A stretch of 11,250 bases of DNA from Armatimonadota bacterium (GCA_052386995.1 JBQTJP010000018.1:1-11250), one strand, 5' to 3'. Shown: positions 1 through 7,447, numbered from the stretch's first letter. The notes: generated by a model not told the origin, from the sequence alone. Made by a program: numbers and translations.

Positions 1-306
1 ATCCGCGGAAATGTCTGGCCGGGTGCGTTCTCCCGCGCCCGGCGGAATGCGCTCATCCGCGAGTGGGCCGGCCGCGAATGGGAACTCCGCCAGCGCCGGC
101 CACAGGTCGAGGCGGACATGATGGCCGCGCGCGCCGCAGGCGATGTGGATTGGGCGATTTTGTTCTACGGCCAGGACGCGGGGCTGATCCACGCCATCGA
201 GCCGGCCGGCGAGATCGTGACCCGCATGGTCCGTGAGGCGCACGAGGTTATTGCCCGGCAGGCCTCCGGCCTGCTCGAGCCCACGGCGGGCCAGCGCGAG
301 GTATAA
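1..306 (+). CDS. Nitronate monooxygenase / NAD(P)H-dependent flavin oxidoreductase family protein, C-terminal part (5' truncated by the window edge)
   Basis: Frame 1 is open from base 1 to TAA at 304-306: IRGNVWPGAFSRARRNALIREWAGRE...AILFYGQDAGLIHAIEPAGEIVTRMVREA. The GQxAGLIxxIxPAxEIVxxMxxEA tail is characteristic of this family. Confidence 0.8.
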   Translation: MRGNVWPGAFSRARRNALIREWAGREWELRQRRPQVEADMMAARAAGDVDWAILFYGQDAGLIHAIEPAGEIVTRMVREAHEVIARQASGLLEPTAGQREV

Positions 307-307
307 T
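302..307 (+). promoter_or_regulatory. Candidate sigma70 -10 box (TATAAT) for the TAXI-TRAP operon
   Basis: A perfect TATAAT overlaps the upstream stop codon, about 45 nt before the likely TAXI start, in otherwise very GC-rich DNA. No recognisable -35 or extended TG. Confidence 0.35.
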
Positions 308-350
308 CAAACCACATTCCGCAGGAATGACCGGCAAGGGGGGATTGGGA

Positions 351-1331
351 GTGACGCAACGCGCCACGCTCAGGCTCATCATCGCGGCCCTGGCCACCGC
401 GGTCGTGGTCAGCGGCTTCAGTCAGGTTCTTGCCGGACCGGCCGTGCGGCTGTCGATCGCCACCGGCACCACGGGGGGCGTCTACTTTCCGCTCGGGGGC
501 GGCCTGGCCTCGCTCATCTCGAAGAACATCCCCGGCGTCACGGCCACGGCCGAGGTGACGCCGGCCTCCGTCGACAACATGCGGCTGATCCAGGCCAAGC
601 GGACCGATATTGCGATGACCCTGGCCGATACCGCCAGCGATGCCTTCAAGGGCGAGGATGCCTTCAAGGGCAACGCGGTCCCGATCCGCACTCTCGTCCC
701 GTTGTACAACAACTTCAACCATCTCATCACTATCGACGGCACCGGGATCGCGACGATTGCCGACCTGCGCGGCAAGCGGGTCTCGGTCGGGCCGCCCGGC
801 AGCGGGACAGAAGTCACCGCGCTGCGCCTCCTGGAGGCAGCGGGCCTGCACCCCGACCGCGACATCCGGCGCGAGCGCCTGGCCCCGGCCCCCTCGGCCG
901 ATGCCCTGAGGGATCGCAAACTTGACGCCTTCTTCTGGAGCGGGGGGCTCCCCACCGCGGCCGTGCTCGACCTGGCCGTCTCGCCGGGGGTTCGCATCCG
1001 CCTCGTCCCGCTGGACACCCTGGTTGCGACCCTGCAGCGCAAATATGGCAACCTCTATTTCCGCAGCGTGATTCTGAAGGAGTTTTATCCCGGAATGCCG
1101 GCCAACGCCCCGACGATTGGGGTCGCCAACCTGCTCGTTGTGCATCAGGACTTCGACGCCGAACTAGCCTATCAAATCACCAAGCTCGTGTTCGAGCGGC
1201 GCCCAGATCTGGCCCAGGTCCACAAAGAGGCGGCGAATATCACGCTGAACGGCGCCGCTTCGAAGTCGCCGGTCCCCTACCACCCGGGCGCGATTCGCTT
1301 CTACAGGGAGCGCAACGTCGAGGGGTTCTAG
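351..1331 (+). CDS. TAXI family TRAP transporter solute-binding subunit
   Basis: Signal-peptide-like N-terminus; motifs IATGTTGGVYFPLGGGLA, TPASVDN, DLRGKRVSVGPPGSGTE and PYHPGAIRFYRE. GTG at 351 has a G-rich SD (AAGGGGGG, 336-343) at 7 nt spacing. Alternative ATG at 327. Confidence 0.93.
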   Translation: MTQRATLRLIIAALATAVVVSGFSQVLAGPAVRLSIATGTTGGVYFPLGGGLASLISKNIPGVTATAEVTPASVDNMRLIQAKRTDIAMTLADTASDAFKGEDAFKGNAVPIRTLVPLYNNFNHLITIDGTGIATIADLRGKRVSVGPPGSGTEVTALRLLEAAGLHPDRDIRRERLAPAPSADALRDRKLDAFFWSGGLPTAAVLDLAVSPGVRIRLVPLDTLVATLQRKYGNLYFRSVILKEFYPGMPANAPTIGVANLLVVHQDFDAELAYQITKLVFERRPDLAQVHKEAANITLNGAASKSPVPYHPGAIRFYRERNVEGF

Positions 1332-1380
1332 AAGGCTGTTCGTTTGGGCGGGGGCGGCCGTCGCGGCAGCGGCGGCCGCC

Positions 1381-1821
1381 GTGCTGCTCGCACCGTTTCC
1401 CGTCCTCGACATCAGGCACGATGACACCGGCCGTCTGTTGTGGCGCGTGCCCGTTCGAGACCGACTTCGGGTCGACCTCGATTACACCAACTCTCTCTTC
1501 TACGCGCCGTCCACTGATCGGTTCGTCGTCGACGGCCTGCGGCTGAGGCTCGTCGAGATCAGCAGCACCAGGGAGGCTGTCCTGCTGCACGCCGGTCTCG
1601 GGGGCCCCTTTGAGAAGCGGGCCGATCGCTTCGTGGCGAAGAGGCCCGGTCCCGTACTTGCCGAACTCACCATTCGCATTGGCCAGACGGGAAGGCAACG
1701 CCTGGTCGTCGGCGGCCATCGGATACCAATCTGGCGGGTCGGCGTGGGCGAGGCGGTGCGACTGCGCGTCGCTCGAGTCCCGCGGGTGCTCGCCCTGATT
1801 GGGAGACTCACCATCCGCTAG
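1381..1821 (+). CDS. DUF1850-like small membrane-anchored/exported protein associated with TAXI transporters (true start probably upstream, ~1315-1336)
   Basis: Lies between the TAXI binding protein and the fused permease, the typical position for DUF1850. Sequence LDYTNSLFYAPSTDRFVV...LTIRIGQTGRQRLVVGG resembles the YxHS...PxxE pattern. Ends TAG 1819-1821, directly before the permease SD. Confidence 0.7.
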   Translation: MLLAPFPVLDIRHDDTGRLLWRVPVRDRLRVDLDYTNSLFYAPSTDRFVVDGLRLRLVEISSTREAVLLHAGLGGPFEKRADRFVAKRPGPVLAELTIRIGQTGRQRLVVGGHRIPIWRVGVGEAVRLRVARVPRVLALIGRLTIR

Positions 1822-1832
1822 GAGGGGCTGGA

Positions 1833-3806
1833 ATGGACGAACGCGACGACTCCGCCCCGCCCAAGACCGAAGAAGAACTCAAAGAGATCGTCGAGGAGTA
1901 CGAAGGCAAGACCCGTAAGCTCGCCGGGCGGTGGGCGCTGATCGCGACGGCGCTGACCGTTTTCATGTCCCTGTACCATCTCTACGCCGCCAACATCACG
2001 ATTATCCAGCAGATCCACCTGACCCGGCACCTGATGTTCGTCCTGGTGCTGAGTTTTCTGCTTTATCCTGCAACACGCCGCACGCTACAGCGCGCTTCAC
2101 CGACGATCTACGACCTGATCCTGGTTGCCCTCAGCATCGCGGCGCTGGGATACATCCTCGTAGACTTCGAGGCCTTTATCTACCGGTCGTACATTCCCAC
2201 CCGCCTCGATCTGACCTTCGGCATCATCACGATCCTTCTGATCCTGGAAGCGACGCGCCGGACGGTCGGCAACGCGCTGCTGCTGCTGGTGGTTGCCTTT
2301 CTCGCCTATGCGTTCGTGGGTCCGTGGCTCCCGGAACCCTGGACGCACAGGGGATACGACGTGGTGCGGGTGGTCGGCCAGCTGTTCATCACGCTGGAAG
2401 GCATCTTCGGTGTGCCGCTCCAGGTGTCGGCCACGTTCATCATCCTTTTCACGATCTACGGGGCGACGCTCGATGCCTCGGGCGCCGGCCGCTTCTTCGT
2501 AGACCTCGCGCTGGCGCTGACCGGCCGGCGGCGCACCGCGCCGGGACAGGCGACGACCATCGCGTCGTTTCTTCTCGGCGGACCGTCCGGCAGCGGTGTC
2601 GCCACCACCGTCACGGTCGGCGCGATCACCTATCCCATGCTCAAGCGGGCCGGTTACGACAAAGAGTCCGCGGGCGGACTGCTCTCGGCCGGTGGGATCG
2701 GCGCGGTCATCTCCCCGCCGATTCTGGGCGCGGCGGCCTTCATTATCGCCGAGATGCTGAAGATCTCCTATCTCAAAGTTGTCGCGATGGCGACGGTCCC
2801 GACGGTGCTCTACTACTTCTCGATCATGCTGATGATCGAGTTCGACGCCCGCCGGATGGCGCTCCGCCAGGTCGAGATCAGGGCCGAGGATACCAGGCAA
2901 CTGGTCGTGCGGTACTGGTATCTGCTCTCATCCCTCGTCCTCATTCCGATCTTCATGATCATCGGCTTTACGGCGATCAAGGCAGTCTTCTGGGCGACGG
3001 TCATTGCCGCGGCGACCAGCCTTTTGCGGCGGGATACGGCTCTGGTGAAGTTTGACCGCGGGAGGCTCAACGCCGGCGGATTGATCGGCGCCCTCGACAA
3101 TGGGAGCCGTCAGGTGCTCAATGTCGCCGTCACGACGGCGGCGGCGGGCATCATCGTGGGGGTCGTGAACCTGACGGGGTTGGGCCTGAAGGTCGCAGAC
3201 GTCATCATCACTTACGCCGGCGGAAACCTGCTGGCCACGCTGATTCTCGCCGCCGTCGCGCTGTGGATTCTCGGTCTTGCCCTTCCTATCACCGCGACCT
3301 ACATCGTGGCGGCGGTCATCGTCGCGCCGGCGATTACCAAACTGGGCGTCTCGGAGCTGGCGGCGCACATGTTCATCTTCTACTACTCGATCCTCTCGGA
3401 GGTGTCGCCCCCGGTAGGCCTCTCGCCGCTGGCAGCCGCCGCGCTGACCGGGGGCCGGCCGTTCCGCACCATGATGATGGCCTGGAAATACACGCTGCCG
3501 GCCTTCGTGGTCCCGTTCATGTTCACGATCCATAAGGATGGGCTGGGCCTGCTGCTGCAGGCGCCCTGGCAGACCACGGTGTACGTCACCATTACCGCCG
3601 TCTTTGGCCTGAGCGCGCTGGCCGCGGCGGTGACGGGCTGGTTTCTCAGGCGATCGACCATGCTCGAACGCGCGGTGCTGGCGGCCGCAGGGCTCATATT
3701 GATCTATCCATCGGGGCTGCAGGACGTCATCGCGATTGCGGCCGTCCTCGGGGTAGCAGCCATACAGTGGTTCACACGTCAAGAGGTCCGCGTGGCGAGA
3801 GGATGA
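1833..3806 (+). CDS. TRAP transporter fused permease (4TM/12TM, DctQM-like, TAXI type)
   Basis: 657 aa with many hydrophobic segments; motifs LEATRRTVG, EGIFGVPL, GAGRFF, SGSGVA, PPILGAAAFI, AAHMFIFYY, SPPVG. SD GGAGG at 1821-1825. Confidence 0.95.
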   Translation: MDERDDSAPPKTEEELKEIVEEYEGKTRKLAGRWALIATALTVFMSLYHLYAANITIIQQIHLTRHLMFVLVLSFLLYPATRRTLQRASPTIYDLILVALSIAALGYILVDFEAFIYRSYIPTRLDLTFGIITILLILEATRRTVGNALLLLVVAFLAYAFVGPWLPEPWTHRGYDVVRVVGQLFITLEGIFGVPLQVSATFIILFTIYGATLDASGAGRFFVDLALALTGRRRTAPGQATTIASFLLGGPSGSGVATTVTVGAITYPMLKRAGYDKESAGGLLSAGGIGAVISPPILGAAAFIIAEMLKISYLKVVAMATVPTVLYYFSIMLMIEFDARRMALRQVEIRAEDTRQLVVRYWYLLSSLVLIPIFMIIGFTAIKAVFWATVIAAATSLLRRDTALVKFDRGRLNAGGLIGALDNGSRQVLNVAVTTAAAGIIVGVVNLTGLGLKVADVIITYAGGNLLATLILAAVALWILGLALPITATYIVAAVIVAPAITKLGVSELAAHMFIFYYSILSEVSPPVGLSPLAAAALTGGRPFRTMMMAWKYTLPAFVVPFMFTIHKDGLGLLLQAPWQTTVYVTITAVFGLSALAAAVTGWFLRRSTMLERAVLAAAGLILIYPSGLQDVIAIAAVLGVAAIQWFTRQEVRVARG

Positions 3807-4129
3807 GCCCCATGGAAGAACACGAGACGCAGCCTGACGCGGCGCCGGAAGCGCGCGGCGAGGTCGCGCTGCCGGAGGTGACATCCCTCGTCGCGACATG
3901 CATCAGCCTCCTGGCCGGGAAGGCCTGGGAAACGATGGGCCTCGTGCCCGATCCGACCACAAGGAAGATCGAGAGCAAACTCGATGACGCACAACTCGCG
4001 ATCGACGCCGTCGCGGCGCTGGCGGATCTCGTGCGGCCGCGCCTGTCCGAGGCCGAGCGCCGTGAGGTCGAGGTGCTGGTGACCAATCTGCGATTGAACT
4101 TCGTCGAGCAGAGAAGCAAACAGCCGTAG
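3803..4129 (+). CDS. DUF1844 domain-containing protein
   Basis: ATGA overlap with the permease stop (alternative ATG at 3812). Pattern AWETMGLVPDP...LDDAQLAIDAVAAL...LSEAERREVEVLVTNLRLNFV matches my recollection of DUF1844. Confidence 0.75.
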   Translation: MSPMEEHETQPDAAPEARGEVALPEVTSLVATCISLLAGKAWETMGLVPDPTTRKIESKLDDAQLAIDAVAALADLVRPRLSEAERREVEVLVTNLRLNFVEQRSKQP

Positions 4130-4133
4130 GCGC

Positions 4134-4898
4134 ATGTACGTCCGTCTGAAGCACACGCTCAGCGCGCTCGCGCTGGAGGCACTCCGGCGGCCCGCGCGCC
4201 GCGGGGCCCGCGACGCGGTGGCCTGGCTCGCCGCATTCTGCGACCTCGTCACCCAGCAGGCCGCGGAGGATACCGCCGGGGAGCCGTTCGATCTGCCGCT
4301 CTCCGCGGTCGCGGCGCGCGCGCGGCGAGCCGGCGCCGGGGCCGCTGGGCTGACGCGGGTGCTGCGCGCCGGCCTGCTTGTGCGGCATCAGGGGCGGATC
4401 GCTCTTCCCGAGGGGTTGCCCCCCCACTTCGCATACATGAACCGCCAGGTGCACAGGCTGGCGGCCGCGGTCCGTGCCATGAGTCGCGCCACGCGTGGTG
4501 GGAGCCTGCGAGGCGAGCGCGCCACGATCGCCACCGGCGCGGTGCTATTCAACGCCGGCCTGTTTTTCGAGTGTCACGAGTATTTTGAGACCGTCTGGCG
4601 ATCCGCGCCGCCGGCGGACCGGGCATTCTACCACGGCCTGATCTTGATCGCCGCGGGATTCTACCACTACGAAAAGGGGAATCTGCACGGCGCCCGAATC
4701 AAATTGACGCAGGGAATCAAGGCGCTGCAACCCTACCTGCCAGAGGCCCACGGTGTTCGACTCGATCGGTGGATGGACGCGCTGGCTCCGTGGCGCAACC
4801 TGGTGGAGGCGGGGCAGGTCAGCGGCGTTCTGAACCCTTCCGAGATCCCCGGCATCCCGCTGATCCGCGCCCGCGTGGCGAAGACGCGAGGTTCGTAA
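4134..4898 (+). CDS. DUF309 domain-containing protein with an N-terminal extension
   Basis: C-terminal half contains LFNAGLFFECHEYFETVW...FYHGLILIAAGFYHYEKGNLHGA, the DUF309 FNxxxFFExHExxExxW / GLIQxA..H..GN..GA signature. Stop TAA overlaps the next ATG. Confidence 0.85.
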   Translation: MYVRLKHTLSALALEALRRPARRGARDAVAWLAAFCDLVTQQAAEDTAGEPFDLPLSAVAARARRAGAGAAGLTRVLRAGLLVRHQGRIALPEGLPPHFAYMNRQVHRLAAAVRAMSRATRGGSLRGERATIATGAVLFNAGLFFECHEYFETVWRSAPPADRAFYHGLILIAAGFYHYEKGNLHGARIKLTQGIKALQPYLPEAHGVRLDRWMDALAPWRNLVEAGQVSGVLNPSEIPGIPLIRARVAKTRGS

Positions 4899-6250
4899 TG
4901 GAGGACATCCTCCGCTATATCGACGCGCACACAGAGACCTTCATTCATGATCTGCAGCGGCTGTGCCGGCAACCGTCGATCTCGGCGCAAGACGCAGGGG
5001 TGCAGGAGTGCGCCGCGCTGCTGGTCGCGCAGATGCAGGCCAAAGGCATTCCGGCGCGCACGGAGCCTGTGGCCGGCGGGCCGCCGCTGGTCGTCGCCGA
5101 CATTGTTGGGGACAGTCCGCGCACGCTCCTCATCTACGACCACTACGATGTCCAGCCCGTGGACCCGCTCGCCGAGTGGACGTCAGATCCGTTTGGCGCC
5201 GAGATCCGGGACGGCCGGCTCTACGCGCGCGGCGCGCAGGACACCAAGGGCAACATCATGGCACGGGTCGCGGCCATCGAGGCGTGGCTGCGCGTGCGGG
5301 GACGCCTGCCCGTCAGCGTCAAACTGCTCATCGAGGGCGAAGAGGAGATCGGCAGCCCCCATCTGGGAACGGTGATGCGCAGCCGGCCGGAGCTCGCGCG
5401 GGCGAACGCCTGCATTTGGGAGTCCGGTTCCAAGGACAACAACGACATCCTCAACATCTACCTCGGCTGCAAAGGCATTTGCTATGTCGAACTGGAGGTG
5501 CACGGCGCGAAGCGCGATCTCCACTCCTCGCAGGCCGCCGTGGTCCCCAACGCCGCCTGGCGACTGGTGTGGGCTCTCGGCACCCTCAAGGGTCCCGATG
5601 AGCACATTCTCATCCCGGGATTCTACGATGACGTCGTTGAGCCGAGCCCGGCCGAGATGGAGATGGTGGAGCGCATCGCGGCGAGCCGGGATGATGAGCG
5701 GAGCCGCCGCGACCTGGGCATTCCGGCATACCTCAAAGGCCTGACCGGCGTGGAGCTGATCAAGCGCAGACTGTTCGAGCCCACGTGCACGATTTGCGGC
5801 ATCACGGCGGGGTATCAGGGGCCGGGATCCAAGACCGTGCTCCCGCGGCAGGCCAGCGCAAAGGTGGACTTCCGGCTGGTTCCCAATCAACGGGCCGAAG
5901 ATATCCTCGCGAAGTTGCAAGAGCACCTCAGACGCGTGGCCTACGGCGATGTCACGGTCCGGCCGCTTGGGATGGAGGAACCATCCAAGACGCCGTTCGA
6001 CGCGCCAATCGTGGACGTGGTCGCCGAGGCCGCGGAGGAGATCTACGGGACACCGCCGATCATCCTCCCGACGATGGCAGGCAGCGGTCCCATGCATGTC
6101 GTCTGCGGCCAGTTCGGCACCCCCGCGGTCGGCACCGGCATCGGACACGCCCAGGCCAACGTGCATGGCCCAAACGAGCACATACGCCTGACGGATTACG
6201 TCCAGGGCATCAAGCACATCGCGCTGATCCTCCAGCGGTTCGCGGCGTGA
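4898..6250 (+). CDS. M20/M25/M40 family metallo-hydrolase (ArgE/DapE/dipeptidase-like)
   Basis: TAATG overlap and GAGG SD at 4888-4891; 450 aa. Metal and catalytic motifs intact: YDHYDVQP, GRLYARGAQDTKG, EGEEEIGS, WES, DLHS, HGPNE. Confidence 0.93.
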   Translation: MEDILRYIDAHTETFIHDLQRLCRQPSISAQDAGVQECAALLVAQMQAKGIPARTEPVAGGPPLVVADIVGDSPRTLLIYDHYDVQPVDPLAEWTSDPFGAEIRDGRLYARGAQDTKGNIMARVAAIEAWLRVRGRLPVSVKLLIEGEEEIGSPHLGTVMRSRPELARANACIWESGSKDNNDILNIYLGCKGICYVELEVHGAKRDLHSSQAAVVPNAAWRLVWALGTLKGPDEHILIPGFYDDVVEPSPAEMEMVERIAASRDDERSRRDLGIPAYLKGLTGVELIKRRLFEPTCTICGITAGYQGPGSKTVLPRQASAKVDFRLVPNQRAEDILAKLQEHLRRVAYGDVTVRPLGMEEPSKTPFDAPIVDVVAEAAEEIYGTPPIILPTMAGSGPMHVVCGQFGTPAVGTGIGHAQANVHGPNEHIRLTDYVQGIKHIALILQRFAA

Positions 6251-6963
6251 TACAGACCAACGTCGGCGCTCCGCGATCGATTGCGCCGGGCCTGCACGCC
6301 ATCCCGCTCGGGGTCGTCAACGCGTTCCTGATCGACGCGGGGGAACTCACGCTCATCGACACAGGGATCCCCGGCAGCGCAGACAAGGTGCTGCAGGCCG
6401 TTCGTGCGCTGGGGCGGCGGCCGGAACACATCCGGCACATCCTGATCACGCACTGCCATGCGGACCACTCGGGCAGCCTGGCCGCGCTGAAACGCACGAC
6501 GCGTGCCGCCGCCTACATGCACCCGACCGACGCCACCCTGGTGCGGACCGGGAAGATCATGCGGCCGATGAAGGCGGCACCGGGACTCGTCAACGGTCTC
6601 TTCTTCAAAATCTTCATTTCCCGCGCTCCGCAGACGATCGAGCCGGCGGAGATCGAGTATGAGGTGAACAGCGGCGAAGACCTGCCGATCGCCGGTGGGA
6701 TTCGCGCTATTCACGCCCCGGGGCACTGTGCCGGGCAGCTGGTCTTCCTGTGGCGCAGGCACGGCGGTGTGCTCTTCGCCGGAGACGCGGCGAGTAACGT
6801 CATTGGGCTGGGCCTGTCCCCCGGCTATGAAAATCTCGACGAAGGCCGCCGGAGTCTGATGCGGATCGCGGGGCTGGATTTCGAGACGGCATGCTTTGGC
6901 CACGGCGGCGCGATCCTCCGCGGCGCGAGCAGGCAGTTCAGGCGCAAGTGGGGAGGTCCCTGA
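6247..6963 (+). CDS. MBL-fold metallo-hydrolase (glyoxalase II / YflN-like)
   Basis: GTG at 6247 overlaps the M20 stop (GTGA); 238 aa with LIDTG, THCHADH (HxHxDH), PGH, LFAGD and FGHG motifs. The ORF-track start at 5785 is an out-of-frame extension through the M20 gene. Confidence 0.92.
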   Translation: MIQTNVGAPRSIAPGLHAIPLGVVNAFLIDAGELTLIDTGIPGSADKVLQAVRALGRRPEHIRHILITHCHADHSGSLAALKRTTRAAAYMHPTDATLVRTGKIMRPMKAAPGLVNGLFFKIFISRAPQTIEPAEIEYEVNSGEDLPIAGGIRAIHAPGHCAGQLVFLWRRHGGVLFAGDAASNVIGLGLSPGYENLDEGRRSLMRIAGLDFETACFGHGGAILRGASRQFRRKWGGP

Positions 6964-7301
6964 ATGCTCATCGTTGATGCACACCTGGATCTTGCGATGA
7001 ACGCCCTGCAGTGGAACAGGGATCTCCTGGCCTCGGCATACACGATTCGCGCGCAGGAAAACTATACGAGCACATCTGCCAGCTGCTCGGGACCGCACGA
7101 CATGTGGGGATCGGAAGCGACCTGGACGGTGGCTTCGGCCGCGAGGGATCACCTCACGACCTGGACACGATCGCCGATCTGCAGAAGATAGGCCCGCTCC
7201 TGGAGGACCGTGGGTATAAGAAGGAGGACGTTGCGGCCATCATGCACGGCAACTGGTGGTCGCTGCTGCGCCGCGCGTGGGATTCGGGTGCGGTTGCTTA
7301 G
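6964..7301 (+). pseudogene. Membrane dipeptidase (peptidase M19 / renal dipeptidase family) remnant with a large internal deletion and frameshift
   Basis: SD GGGAGG at 6951-6956 and ATG at 6964 give MLIVDAHLDLAMNALQWNRDL...IRAQE (M19 N-terminal HxD). From ~7068 a different frame gives EHICQLLGTARHVGIGSDLDGGFG...ADLQKI...RGY..EDVAAIMHGNW..LLRRAW (M19 C-terminus). Only ~112 codons in total. Confidence 0.85.
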
Positions 7302-7342
7302 GCTGTCAGGGAGCGCCCCAGGTCCCCGTCTGCGTGCGTTTT

Positions 7343-7373
7343 GCTGAAACTCGCACCAGGCGTGTGTTTCAGC
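7343..7373. repeat. Inverted repeat GCTGAAAC-N15-GTTTCAGC (possible terminator of the + strand operon, or a protein-binding site)
   Basis: Perfect 8-bp arms at 7343-7350 and 7366-7373 with extra inner CGC/GCG pairing; followed on + by a weak U-rich tail CATTCTTGTGTT. Confidence 0.5.
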
Positions 7374-7381
7374 CATTCTTG

Positions 7382-7400
7382 TGTTATAATAGTTATAACA
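7382..7400 (+). promoter_or_regulatory. Extended -10 promoter (TGnTATAAT) embedded in a palindromic operator TGTTATAA-TAG-TTATAACA
   Basis: TG at 7382-7383 and TATAAT at 7385-7390. Perfect 8-bp inverted repeat, which can also be read as tandem GTTATAA(T/C) half-sites, about 50 nt upstream of an AbrB/MazE-type gene. Confidence 0.75.
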
Positions 7401-7447
7401 ACCGCCCGTGCCCTGATGGGAGACGGGGTTGAGGAGAATTCGAGGGC

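Noticed and set aside
4769..4897. N-terminal extension of the M20 ORF in the ORF track
   Set aside because: It overlaps the DUF309 gene. ATG-4898 has an SD, a TAATG coupling and the typical M20 N-terminus.
165..6217. Long antisense or alternative-frame ORFs (165..1145 -, 1931..3055 +, 2097..2900 -, 2928..3899 -, 5183..6217 -, etc.)
   Set aside because: They shadow well-supported genes, have Arg/Gly/Pro-rich composition without family motifs, and are expected in high-GC DNA where off-frame stops are rare.
5785..6246. Apparent 154-aa N-terminal extension/fusion on the MBL hydrolase
   Set aside because: Off-frame read through the M20 gene. The MBL fold begins right after GTG-6247.
6247..6963. 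MBL-fold gene as an antibiotic-resistance beta-lactamase
   Set aside because: No signal peptide, and the motif set (THxHxDH, GD, GHG) fits generic cytoplasmic glyoxalase-II-like hydrolases.
7056..7062. G GAA AAC as a programmed -1 frameshift site joining the two dipeptidase pieces
   Set aside because: Not a canonical X XXY YYZ heptamer, and the joined ~112-aa product would still lack most of the barrel and its metal ligands. A deletion explains it better.
7343..7430. Hammerhead ribozyme or riboswitch resemblance (GAAAC...GTTTC, CTGATGG)
   Set aside because: The core needs CUGANGA; here it is CUGAUGG and the stem topology does not fit.
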